Assembly (NCBI RefSeq): GCF_009914755.1
Contig: NC_060931.1
Source: the human T2T-CHM13v2.0 reference genome, Homo sapiens
Direction: 5' to 3' (one strand)
Length of the DNA stretch: 64,000 nucleotides
A model generated the notes under the pieces. The model had not been told where the DNA came from, made no database searches, and was given only the letters and a program-made list of their open reading frames with translations. The translations under genes and the position numbers were made by a program. How positions within the stretch are numbered: position 1 is the stretch's first letter; every line of letters starts with the position of its first letter. This document shows, piece after piece, positions 15,675 to 30,416 of the stretch.

Positions 15675-16071
15675 CAAGGATGTCCACTTTCATTATTCTT
15701 ATTTATGATAGTATTGGAAGCCATAGCCAGAGCAATCAGGCAAGATAAATGAATAAAAGGCATCCAAATTAGAAAATAGGAAATCAAATTATCCCTCTGT
15801 GCTGATGATACGATCTGATACCTAGAAAAACCTTAAGACTCCACCAAAAAGCTCAGATTTGGTAAATGAATTCATTAAGTTGCAGTATACAAGATTAATG
15901 TACAAAAATCAGTAGCATTTCTATACACCAATAATGATCTAGCTGAGAAGAAAATCGACAAGGCAATTCCATTTACAATAGCTACAAAAAAAATACCTAG
16001 TAATAAATTTAACCAAGGAGGTGAGCAATCTCTGCAAGGAAAACTACAAAACAATGATGAAAGAAATTTAA

Positions 16072-16365
16072 GACCAGACACAGTGGCTCATGCCTGTAAT
16101 CCCAGCACTTTTAGAGGCAGAGGAAGGAGGATCACTTGAGCCTAGGAGTTCAAGACTATCCTGGGCAACATAGCAAGACCCTGTCTCTACAAAAACAATT
16201 CTTAATTAGCTGAGCATGGTGGCATACAAGCTACTTGGGAGGCTTGGGCAGAAGGACTGCCTAAACCCAGGAGGTCAAAGCTGCAGTCAGCAGTGATTGT
16301 GCCACTGCAATCCAGCCTGGGTGTCAAATCAGGAGTTAAAAAAAGAAAAACAAAAGAAAAAAAAA
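16072..16365 (+). mobile_element. AluJ
   Basis: GAGCCTAGGAGTTCAAGACTATCCTGGGCAACATAGCAAGACC; diverged, with an A-rich tail. Confidence 0.85.
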
Positions 16366-18568
16366 GAAATCAAAGAGGACACCAAAAAACAAAACAAAAC
16401 AAAAAATCCCATGTTCATGAATTGAAGGAATTAATATTATTTAAAATGACCATATTGCCCAAAGCAATCTACAGATTCAGTGCAATCCCTATCAAAATAC
16501 CAATGCCATTCTTCACAGAATTAGAATGTGACTAGACTCCTAAGATTCATGTGGAACAAAAGGAAAAAAAAAATGCTGAATAGCCAAAGCAATCCTAAGC
16601 AAAAAGAATAAATTTGAAGGCATCACATTACCTGACTTCAAAATATACTATAAGGCTATGGTAACTAAAACAGCCTGGTATTGGTATAAAATTAGACATA
16701 TGGACCAATGGAGCAGAATAAAGAACTCAGAAATAAACCCACATATGTTCAAACAACTGATCTTTGACAAAGCTGACAAGAAATTACACTGGGGAAAGGA
16801 AATCTTGTTCAATAAATGGTGCTGAGAAAGTTCGATAGCCACATTCAGAAGAATAAAACTGGACCGCTATATCTCTCACTATATACAAAAAAAACTCAAA
16901 ATGGATTAAAGGCTTAAACATAAGACCCCAAACTATAAAACTGCTAGCAGAAAAACCTAGGGGAAAACTCTCCTGGACATTGATCTAGGCAAAAAAATTA
17001 TGACTAAGACCTTAAAAGCACAGGCAACAAAAACAAAAATGACAAATGGGGCTTAATTAAACTAAAATGCTTCTGCACAGCAAAAGAAATAATCAACAGA
17101 GTGAACAGACAACCTGTTGAATGAGAGAAAATATTTGCAAACTATTTATCAGACAGGTGACTAATACCCAAAATATACAAGGAACTCAAAACAGCAGGAA
17201 AAAACAATCCCATTAAAAAGTGGGCAAAGGACATGAATAGACATCTCTCAAAAGAAGACATATGGCCAACAGGTATATTAAAAAATGCTCAACATCAGTA
17301 ATCATTAGGGAAATGTAAGTCAACACCACAAGAAGACATCATCCTACTCCAGTCAGAATGTCTATTACTAAAAAGACAAAAAATAACAGATGTTGGTGAG
17401 GATGCAGAGAAAAGGGAACTCTTATACACAGTTGGTGGGAATGTAAACTAGTCCAGCCACTATGAAAAACAGTATGGAGAGTTCTCAAAATACTGAAAAT
17501 AGAATTACCACTACATCCAACAATCCCACTACTAGTTATCTACTCAAAGGAAAAGGGTATCAAAGGGTACCTGCACTCACGAGTTTATTATAGCACTATT
17601 CATAATAGAAAGGCATGGAATCAATTTAAATGTCCCTCAGTGGATGAATGAATAAAGAAAATGTGGTATTTATACACCATGGAGTACTATTCAGTCATAA
17701 AAAAATGAAATCATGTCGTTTGCAGTAACAAGAATGGAACTGATGGTAATTATCTTAAATGAAATAGATAAATATCACATATATTTATACACATAAATAC
17801 TTATCCAAAAAGATAAATATCACATGTTCTTGCTTATATGTAGGATCTAAAAAATTTGATAACATGGGGATAGAGAGTGGAAAAATAGATAACAGATGCT
17901 AGGAAGAGTGATTCGGGGTAAAGGGGAAGGATGAAGAGAAGTGGGTTAAAGGGTACAGGGTACAAATATAGAGTAAGATTGTAGGAATAAAAGCAATGTT
18001 TGATAGCTGAGTAGGGTGATTCTACTTAATAAAAATGTTTTGTACTTGGGTGATGAACACCCTAAATACCCTGACTTGATCAGTATGCATTATATATATG
18101 TAACAAAATTTCACATATACCCCATAAAGGTGTACAAATAAAAATAATAAAATTTTAAAACTCATAATTATTCAACATTGAATGTTTGTGAGACAAGGAT
18201 TCCCGAGCCAGGGATGTGGGAAAATGGGGGAAAAGAAAGGAAATGTACTACAAAAGTCAAAGATGAATAATTTACAATCCTGGCTTCCAATAAGTCAGAG
18301 GCTGTAGAGGAAAAAGTAATCATAACAAATAATTAATTTAATGAAGTGTTGTTACTGAGTGCTAGTGCCATGGAGAAGGAAGCAACACCAACTTTCAGCA
18401 AATATTTATTGAATGAATGAACTAACTCTATTAATGGAAGGTATATTTGTGGTGAATTTTTTACAGATTAGCAGGTCTTCGCCTGAAGAAAGGATGAAGG
18501 AACATTTCGGGTAAAAGGAATAACATACAACTAGAAAAGATCCAGAGTATATGATCAGTCTAGAAAAT

Positions 18569-18752
18569 CAACGATTCTCAAATTGGGTAGTACATTGGAG
18601 TTACCTTGGAAATGTAAAAAAAAAAAAAAAGTGTGGCCTGGATCACACCCCCCAAAATTTTGACTTAATTGGTATGGGGAGAGGCCTGAGTACTTGTGTA
18701 TTTTATACTTCCCCAGGTGCTTTTAATATGCAGCAAAGTTGAGGAACCACTA
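18569..18752. mobile_element. MER5A-type hAT/Charlie MITE
   Basis: Degenerate terminal inverted repeats CAACGATTCTCAAA ... TTGAGGAACCACTA, with internal CCCCAGGTG...TAATATGCAGC. Confidence 0.7.
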
Positions 18753-19871
18753 GTGGACCATCCTGCAAATTTCCTTAATTCTGGTTTGTTGACTTTCCTG
18801 CCACAATACTCATTAAATCTTTAAGTAAGTCACAAAATTAGAGCATGACAAGTTCCAACAAATTCACTGGGGCTCTTTTTGTCCTGTGTTGTCTATTATC
18901 TCCTCTACAGACATTAGATGACTCTAAATTAGCCCCATGATGATGATGGGCAGCCATAAAATTTGAACAAAAGGGGTGATTGGGTCTTCTCAGTCGAGTC
19001 CCATAACCCATCATGTGCCCATACTCTACTAGAGGATCTTACAGTGGCATAAAGGTATGGATTCTACCCTTCTCTCATTCCAGTCCATCCCCTCAGCTCC
19101 CATATTTCTGAGGCTTTTATTGTAACAAGGTATTATACATTGTATGGAGGGATATCCTTCCCGTTTGCCATAGAGTGTATTAAACAGTTCCCCTGGAGAC
19201 CAAACAAGTTAAAAAAAAAAACACAGAATAGAAAGAACTAGGTTGTTGTCAAATAGTACAGAAATTATTAGTTGCACTGTCCACATAGAGATCAGAATAC
19301 TTCTCTCCACACGATTTCTCCTTTGTGCCTTTATGGAGAGATTAAGGAGGGTTGATGGTTTACACCTGGTGGGTTTATGTCTGGTGGCAGGAAAGACTCA
19401 CAGAAAAAGATTTCTTCCTAAGGGAGACTTAGACAGGGTTCTTTCTGTTTTTAACACGTACCATTCATTTAACTTAAGGACATAGTCTTTCTTTTTATGT
19501 CACTATGACATTCCAACACAGGACAAAGGGGAAAGAGCATTATTCCATGTGACATTTGAAAACCTAACCTTTATCAGCTGCTCCTGAAGGCCATTTCTCC
19601 CACATCTGGGAGTTAACTGTACAAGGTCAGGAGCCCTGGCACACTGTTGGAGCATGCAGCAAAATCAGGAGCTGGGACTGCCTTTCTGGCATCCTCATTA
19701 TGGTTTTTTTCCTTTCATTCATTCATCCCATTTCTGAGTACCTACAGCAATGTTTCCAAATCTGCCTGATGATAAAATCTCCAAAGATCTTGTTAAAAAA
19801 AAAAAAAAACAAAAAAAAAAAAACAGGTTTCCAGTTCCCACCACAGTCTTCCATGTTGAAAGACAAATTGA

Positions 19872-20188
<317 letters not shown>

Positions 20189-20329
20189 TTAAAATATTAC
20201 AATTTATTTGAGCATTTAGTGATTCCTGAATTGGGCAGCTCCAGACCACAAGCAGTTAAAGGGCTCCACCAAAGGGGCAGGAGGAGAAAGCTTTTTAGGG
20301 TGAATGCATGAAGCAAGGCAAATAAAATA

Positions 20330-20668
20330 TTTTTTTTATTATACTTTAAGTTTTAGGGTACGTGTGCACAATGTGCAGGTTAGTTACATATGTATACATG
20401 TGCCATGCTGGTGCGCTGCACCCACTAACTCATCATCTAGCATTAGGTATATCTCCCAATGCTATCCCTCCCCCCTCCCCACACCCCACCACAGTCCCCA
20501 GAGTGTGATATTCCCCTTCCTGTGTCCATGTGATCTCATTGTTCAATTCCCACCTATGAGTGAGAATATGCGGTGTTTGGTTTTTTGTTCTTGCGATAGT
20601 TTACTGAGAATGATGATTTCCAATTTCATCCATGTCCCTACAAAGGACATGAACTCATCATTTTTTTT
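20330..20668 (-). mobile_element. Short 5'-truncated L1PA2-type 3' end
   Basis: TTATTATACTTTAAGTTTTAGGG...CCCACTAACTCATCATCTAGC...GTGATCTCATTG (young L1PA 3' UTR states). Confidence 0.9.
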
Positions 20669-22911
20669 ATTGGTTAAAGTGGATCAGTAGCCTTATTTGG
20701 ATGATTCCAGTAGAAAGTCCCACTAGAGGTCAGTTGGCAGTTTCTGATTGGTTGTTTTCCTGTTAACACTGAGTTGGGTTTCAGTTTGTTTAGTAGAAAC
20801 CCAGAGCAATGGAGCCACCCCAGTGTAATGGCCTCCGCATGAATTATTTTAACACCCTGAATCAGAATCTCCAGGGGGAAGTCCATGGGAATCTGCATTT
20901 TTAACAAGCACCTACATTATTTTTACTATATACATAGTTTGAAATGGTTGGTCACTACCCTTGGTGAACTCCATGAATCACTGTTCTGTGAATCTAGTTC
21001 AAAAAGGTCCTTTCTAGTTGTAGTCCCAGATGAAATGATGTTTTCTCTATCAGTATTTTTCAGATCTCCATGTTCATGTTCCCTGTTATGTCAAGCCCAC
21101 CCACAATTCCTTAAAAAGTCAGTTAGCAACAATGCATATTTATCCATTTAAGTCATCACCTTTCTTTCTTGTATTGTAATGCTGACAGTCCAACATCCCA
21201 TTAAATGTGAGTACCAGCATAGGTTTTTCCAGTGTAACATTATTTTCTAACAAAATAAAACTTTCAACACCAGTTATGTGGGTGAGGTTAGCTGGAGTCC
21301 TGTGGAGCGAGATGGAATTCTGACAAAGGTCCTGAAGTTCTTACAATTTTGAAAACCTCTTTCTCTACATTAACTGGCCATAACTTCCAGGAAATTCAGG
21401 TGGAGCTCCTGTTTTGCAGACCCACAGTCCTCCTAGTCATGCTTTATGTATCTACTCCTAGGCATGGAAATTTAGAGTGCAAATAATTTGTGTCAATTGT
21501 GTTGGGTGGCAACAGATAGTGACTTTACTCAGCAAGGAGACATTTCAACATATCTGTCTCTTAAAGGCTGCCAGCTGTGGGAAACAATCAAGGGCTAGCA
21601 TCACACAGGCAGGAAGGTGAACCAGGGAATGTGCTAGGAGAGAATAGAATGCATATCCAGTGTCTGCTTTCCTCTCATAAACTGTGGTTTCGGCAAGTGC
21701 AAGTATTGTAATTTGCTGTCTTTTTTTTTCTCCCAAAGGCCATTTTGTCTTATCTGATGTTGAAACACTTCCACATAGCTGTGAACACCAAAACATAAAA
21801 AAAAGAGAAATCACTTGGAAATTTGTTCGTTGTCTCTTGCTATGCTTGACATTTCCACACTGATAAGGTACAGTTAAATATTGACTTTTTGGTTAAGTTC
21901 AGATTAGGTGTCTTGTCCATGAGCATTGATTGCAAACCATTATCCTTCTTCTTCTTCAGGGCACTAAGTTGTCTTACAAAAATAGAAAGGACAAAAGAAG
22001 AAAAAATTGTTAGCTGAAATATTGTCATTAATTACCTGAAGGTCTTTCCCAAGCTGTGATAAAAATTGTCATTGACTTTTGAGATATGGGGGTATTTTGT
22101 TGAAGACAGTGTTGGTAAATGTTAGAACATATTAAAAATTGGATTTTATATTTGTAGATTATTTACATATATCTTCAAGTTCATCTAACAAAGAAAATGC
22201 CACCCTATTATCAATAAGTGCACAAACTAGGTAACTGGCAGACTTTTATTATTTACCAGTTAAACATTTATCAGTGCCATACTAAAATCAATCGATGAAG
22301 ATTGATGCACTCAATTTAGCCAGAGAACATCCAATATCGCAGATTAAGCTTCCTCTTACCATTCTGCTAGAAATAGAACAATTAAGAGAACCTACAACAC
22401 AGATTATTTCACCTCACTAAACCCCTCATGAGTTTCTGCATTGTCTCCCAATGGAGACTGTAAATTCCTGAAAGCAGGATGATCTCTGATTGATTTCCCA
22501 AGAGGCATCATTTTTTGTCTTCTGTCATTCCTTATCACTCCACCAACTTAGATAATTAAATCCTATTTGGAATGCTTTTCAAGTCAAATGCTCAGTCAAA
22601 TCAACAGATCCTGCAGGGCTGTGGAGAAACAAGGTATGGTCTCTGTTCCCAAGGAGTTTATAATTTATTTAAAAACAAGGTAATACAGAGTTACTAAAAT
22701 AATGGTAGCAAAGGAAAAATCAGAGTTCAGTGGGAAAAATCTCACACTGTGGACTAGAATGGTGATGTCAGCCTTCATGGATAGATATGCCCCGACCTTG
22801 AAAGAATTAACTAGAGGAAGGACAAAAGCATTCTAAATTTTCTGTGAGACAGGACATTCTTATTACAGTATTTTGTCCACCATTCCCCAAGATTAAAGTA
22901 TTTTATATATA

Positions 22912-23262
22912 TACTTGGCCCTCTGTATCTATGGGTTCTGTATCCATGGGTACTGCATTCATGTATTCAACAAACTATGAATTTTAAAAATTCAGGGAAG
23001 AAAATGATGGTTGTGTCTGCATTGAACATGTAAAGACTTTTTTCTTGTCATTATTCCCTAAACAATATAACGACAACTTACACACCATTTACATTTCACT
23101 AGGTATTATAAGTAATACAAAGGTGATTTAAAGTATAGAGTGGGATGTGCATAGCTTATATGAAAATACACCATTTAATATAAGGGACTTGAGCATCCAT
23201 GGATTCTGATATCCATAGGGGATCCTGGAAACAAATCTCTCACTGATACTGAGGGACAACTG
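22912..23262. mobile_element. MER2 (TcMar-Tigger) non-autonomous DNA transposon
   Basis: Terminal inverted repeats TACTTGGCCCTCTGTATC ... GATACTGAGGGACAACTG flanked by TA, with a typical MER2 interior. Confidence 0.85.
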
Positions 23263-26200
23263 TAAAAGAAATTTTGTTTTAGGACCCAAGTGACTAGCTT
23301 GATTTTTCCTCTTTTTAAGAAAAAAGAAAACTAGACATCTTTGCTATTGCTTTCATAAGGCAGCTAAAATCTGAAATATATAAAAGTACATATATGAAAC
23401 ATATGATATTGCTGACATTTGTCTATTTTTGAACTAAAGAAGCTGTAATTTCACATGATTCAACCATACACATATATACTTGCATAAGCATATATACACA
23501 AACACACAAATATGAGTACATATTTAATATAAAACTTCTTACCTTTATTTGAGCAAAATTTGCTACCTGTGCTAATTTTCAGTTGCATTAACATCTAACA
23601 AGCAAGTAATAAATTCTCAAAAAAGCCATTTCTATCAGCACAATTAGTATGTATTAACTATAAAGTCTGTTTTCAGTATCTATAGAATGTCCTTGACTTG
23701 CCAAAAATAATATTTGATGACTCAAGTTGTGAATCATGAAACAGAATTTGATTCATAGTTGGATAGGCACTTACATTAAATCTTCACCCCTGGGAATCCA
23801 CACCCAAGTCTACCAGAAATCAAGAATGAAAGAAATTGGAGATCTTGAGTCATCTCCACCCTGAATATGTGATCCAGGTGACAAAAGCACAAATGAACAA
23901 ATGAGTGTTTCAGCAAATAAACCAAAAATGAAATAACATTTACAATACCACTGTGTACCCCACCTAACACAGCAAGCATCTGTGCACACCATCAGGGGGA
24001 CTTAGGACAGGCCCTCCCTACTTCCAGCCACCACCACAGGTACCTGCACATGTCATCCAGAGGCCTGGGGATCAACTCATCCCCGTTGCCACTGCTGGAA
24101 TCCACACACACCGTCTGAGGGCCTGAGGGCAAACTCACCCTGCCCACCAGCACTGCCACTACTTCTGGGGCCCAGCACATTATCCAAGAGTTGAGAGATC
24201 AACTCCTGCCATCCACCACTGGCACCCATGCACGCTTTACAGTAGCCTGAGAATAGGCCCACCACACCACTACAGCTGCCCATGTACTCTGTCCAGTGGC
24301 CTGAAGATAGACCCATCCTTCTATTGCTGGTGACTATGCCTGCCTCCCAAAAACTCAAGTACTGGCCCACTCAGCCTGCTGCTGCCACCATTGCTGGCAC
24401 CCACCTGCATGTACCACATGGGGTCCTGGAAACTGGCCCACCCAGCCCTCTCATGCCACTACTGTCACCTGTGCATGATATTCAAGGGCCTGAGTATTAG
24501 CTCACCACTGCCGCTACTATCACTGACCCAACACACACTGCCAAGGGGCCTGAGGACCCACCCACCTGCCTGGCCCACTACTAGCACCCAAGCAAGCTGC
24601 CTGGGACCCCAAGGACCAGCCCACCTAGACACACCACCACTGGCACCTGGTACATCACCTGGGGGCCATGGATCTGCACACCCAACCTGCCACTTCCACC
24701 ACTGGTACCCAAGACTGAACCACTTGGAATCCCCACCCCCAGCAAAGCTTTGCCACAGCCTCTACTAACAATCACAGCCTAAGTCACTGAAGAACTGACA
24801 AACACCACTAACACTGATTACAAATGAAGAAATCATATAGAAATGATAATGCTGTGCCAACCCACAATCAAAGCCAAATCACCGTGCCCAACTAACAATA
24901 TAGATACATCTACAGGAAAAAGTCTTTACCTAAGAAAACCAATCCATAAAATTGGTAGAGACAACTGTTATACCAGATATGCAGATATCAACATCTTGTA
25001 TCCTTATATAAGAAACATGAAAAAGCAAGGAAATCTTCTATCCTTATACAAGAAACATGAAAAAACATGAAAAAGCAAGGAAACAAGACACCTCCAAAGG
25101 AACACAATAATTAACCAGTAACAGATACCAAAAAAATGGACATTTATGAAATGCCTGAAAAATAATTTAAAATAATGATACTAAAGAAACTCAGGGAAAT
25201 ACAAGAGAACATAGATAAATAATACAAAGAAATCAGGAGAAAACAATTCCTGATCTGAACAAAACATTCAACAAAGAGATAGATATGCTCAAAAAGAACT
25301 AATGAGAAATACTGGAACTGAAGAACTCAATGAATAAAATTTAAAAATACAATTGAGAACTTCAACAATATACTAGATCAAGCAGAAGAAGGAATATCTA
25401 AACTTGAAGACAGGTCCTCGAAATAACAAAGTCAGATCCCACCCCAAAAAAAAGAAAAGAATAAAGAATAAAAAAGAATGAAGAAAGCCACATATAAACA
25501 GCATAAAGTGACCAAATATTCAAATTGAGGGAGTTCCAAAAGAAGAGATGGGCAAAGGCATAGAAAACCTATTTAACAGGTCTTGAAGAGATATAGACAT
25601 CCAAATACAAAAATCTCAAATATCCTCAAATAGATTCAACCCCAAAAGGTCTTCTGAAAGTACTTCATAGTCAAACTGTCAAAACCTAAAGACAAAGAGA
25701 GAATTATAAAAACAGCAAGAGAAAAGTATCAGGTAACATGTAAGGGAATCCATATCACACTAACAGTGGATTTCTCAGCTGACACCTCACAGGTCAAGAA
25801 AGAATGGGATGATATTCAATGTACTGTAAGAAAAAAAGTCAGACAATAATATTATAACCAGCAAAGCTATCCTTCAAAAATGAAGAAGAAATTAAGTCTC
25901 CCAGACAAACAAAAACTGAGGAAATTTGTCACAACTAGACTAGCCCTACAAGAAATGCTTCAGGGAGTCCTGTATCTGGAAGCAAAAAATAATATCTACC
26001 ATTATGAAACACAATTCTAAACATATAAGCACACAACACTTTAACATCAAATATATAAAGCAAATATTATTAGATCTATAGGTAGAGATATACCCCAATA
26101 TGATAATAGTTAGGGACTTCAACATCCAACTCTCAGCATTAGACAAATCATCTAGACAGAAGATCAACAAAGAAACATTGGATTTAAACTTCACTTTAGA

Positions 26201-27473
26201 CCAAATGGACCTTACAGAACATTTCACCCCACAGCTGCAGAATATATATCTCCTCAGCAGCACATGGAACATCCTCCAGAATAGACCATATGTTAGACCA
26301 CGAAACAAATCTCAACAAGTTTTAAAAACTGAACTCATATCAAGCATTTTTTCAGACCACAATGGAATAAAACTAGAAATCAATAGCAAGAGGAACCTTG
26401 AATGCTGTATATATACATGGAAACTACACAACTTGCTCCTGAATGACTAATGGCCCAATGAAGAAATTAAGAAGGAAGTCAAAAAATTTATTGAAATGAA
26501 TGAAAGTGGAAACACAGCATACCAAAACCTATGGTATTGGTACAACAAAAGCAGTGCTGACAGGGAAGTTAACAGAAATAAATGCCTACATAAAAAAAAA
26601 AGCAGATTTGAAATAAACAACCTAGAGGTGCACCTCAAAGAACTAGAAAAATCAGGAGAAATCAAACCCAAAATTAGTAGAAGAAAAGAAATAATAAAGA
26701 TTCAAGCAGAACTAAACAAATGGAGACTAAAAAAAATAAAGGATCAATGAAACAAAAAGTCGTTTTTTAAAAAAACAAACAAAACTGACAAAACTTTTCT
26801 TAGACTAGGAAAAAAAAAGGAAGACCCAAATTAATGAAACCAGAATAGAAAAAGGAGACATTACAAGTGATACCACAGAGATACAACTAAAGTACACTAA
26901 CAAATTGGAAATCCTAGAGGAAATGGTAAGTTCCTGGACACATACAACCTACCAAGTTTGAATCATGGAAAAACATAAAACCTGAACAGACTAATAATGA
27001 GTAACAAGATTGAATCAGTAATACAGAGCCTCCCAATAAAGAAAAGCTGAGGATTGAATTGCTTTACTGCTGAATTCTACCAAACTATAAAGAAAAATAC
27101 ATACCATTTCTTCTCTTACTATTTCAAAAAATAGAAGAGGAGGGATTTTTTCCTAACTCATTACAAGGCTAACATTACCCTGATCCTGAAATCAGACAAG
27201 GACACAACGACAACAATAACAAAAACTACAGGCCAATATCTCTACTACTGAACATAGATGCAAAAATCCTCAATGAAATACTAGCAAACTGAATCCAACA
27301 GCACATCAAAAAGATACTACACCATGATCAAGTGGGATTTATCCCAGGGATACAAGGATGTTCAAGATACACAAATCAATAAATATGATATATCACATCA
27401 ACAGAATGAAGGACAAAAACCATATGATCATTCCTATAGATGCAAAAGTACATGTGATAAAATTCAGCAGCCT

Positions 27474-27786
<313 letters not shown>

Positions 27787-29593
27787 TCATGATAATAACT
27801 AACAACAAATTAGGCATAGAACGAATATACCTTAACATAATAAAGGCCACATATGACAGTCCCAAAACTGACATCATACTGAATGGGGAAACACTGAAAA
27901 CTTTTTCTCTAAGAACTGGAACAAGACAAAGGTGCCCATTTTCATCACTCCTACTCAACATAGTACTGGAAGTCCTAGCCAGAGCAATCAGGCAAGAGAA
28001 ATAAATAAAAGGCATCCAAATTAGATAATAGGAATATGCTCTTATGCCTAGAAAAAATTAAAGGCTCCACCAAAAAAACTCTCAGATTTAGTAAATGAAT
28101 TCAATAAAGTTGCAGGATGCAAAATCAATGTACAAAAAATCAGTAGCATTTCTACATACCAATAATGACCTAGCTGAGAAGGAAATCAAGAAGGCAATCT
28201 CATTTACAACAGCTACAAAAAAAGCATATAGTAACACATTTAGCCAAGGAGGTGAAAGATATTTACAAGGAAAACTACAAAACACTGACGAAAGAAATTG
28301 AAGAGGACATCAAAAAATGGGAAAACATCCCATGCTCATGGATCAGAATTAACATCATTAAAATGACCATATTGCCCAAAGCAATCTACAGATTCAGTGC
28401 AATCCCTATCAAAATACCAATGTCATTCTTCACAGAATTAGAAAGATCAATCCTAAAATTCTTATGGAACCACAAAAGAACCCAAATGCCAATGCAATCC
28501 CGACAAAACAAACAAAGCTGGAGGCATCACACCATCTGACTTCAAAATATACTACAAAGCTAGAGTAACCAAAACAACATGGTACCGGCAGAAAACCAGA
28601 CACATTGACCAATGAAACAGAATAGAAAACCCAGAAATAAAGCCACATATTTACAACCAAATGATTTTTGACAAAGATGCCAAGAACACACATTCAGAAA
28701 AGGACAGCCTCTTCAAATATGAGAAAATTGGATACCCATATACAGAAAAATGAAGTGGGACCCCTATGTCTCACCATATACAAAAATTGACTCAAAATGT
28801 ATTAAAGACTTACAAGTAAGATCCAAAACTATAAAAGACATGGGGAAATGCTCAGGACATTGGTCTAAGTAAAGATTTTGTGGCTAATACTTTAAAAGCA
28901 CAGGGAGCAAAAACAAAAATAGACAAATGGGACTACATAAAACTACAAAGTTTCTGCACAGCAAAGAAAATGATCAACAGATTAAAGAGACAACTTTCTG
29001 AATGGGAGAAAATATTTGCAAACTATACATGTGACAAAGGATTAATATTCAGAATATACAAGGAACTCAAACAACTCTATGACAAAAACAAAAAAACAAA
29101 ACAAATAATCCCATTAAGAAGCAGGCAAAGGATTTAAATAGACATTTCTCAAAAGATGACATAAAAATGGCCAACAGATGTATATTTTTTTAAATGCTCA
29201 ATATCACTAATCAGGGAAATGCAAAGCGAAACCTCAGTGAAATACCATCTCATCTCACACACAATGGCTTTTATTAAAAAGACAAAAAATAACAGATGCT
29301 AGTGAGGATGCAGAGAAAAGAGGACTCTTATACGCTCTTGTGAGAATGTAAATTATACCAACCATTATGGAAAACAGCATGGAGATTTCTCAAAAACAGA
29401 AATAAATAAATAAAACTAATAAACTACCATATAATCCAGCAATCTCACTACTGAATATTTTTCCAAAGAAAAGGAAATCAGTATATAAAAAGAATACCTG
29501 CACCCCATGCTTACTGCAGCACTATTTATAATATCCAAGATATGGAATCAATCTAAGTGTCCATCACCAGATAAATGGATAAATAAAATGTGG

Positions 29594-29963
<370 letters not shown>

Positions 29964-30103
29964 TTATTTGCAGCAACAAAGATAGAGCTGTAGGTTACTA
30001 TATTAAGTGAAATAAGCCAAGCTCAGAAAGGCAGATATAAGATGTTCTCATCCATATGTGAGAGCTAAAAAAGTTAATCTCCTGACGGTAGAGAGTAGAA
30101 TGA

Positions 30104-30416
<313 letters not shown>

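Larger units (their letters stand above)
10234..18140 (+). mobile_element. Full-length decayed LINE-1, approximately L1MA4A
   Basis: 5' CAAGATGGCTAACTAG, GC-rich UTR, and ORF1/ORF2 remnants. 3' end GGGTGATGAACACCCTAAATACCCTGACTTGATC...TACAAATAAAAA. Confidence 0.85.

Noticed and set aside
15349-15787. 100-139-aa F/L/S-rich ORFs, and the similar ones at 32327-32643 and 60024-60350
   Set aside because: Stop-free translations of microsatellites.
21840-22028. 62-aa minus-strand ORF as a coding exon
   Set aside because: No recognisable protein and no in-frame link to the neighbouring candidate exons. Kept only as a splice-signal observation.
23950-24760. ~60-bp periodic GC-rich repeats resembling a CRISPR or other array
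   Set aside because: Degenerate tandem units of an L1M 5' region, contiguous with ORF1. There is no constant-repeat/unique-spacer structure.
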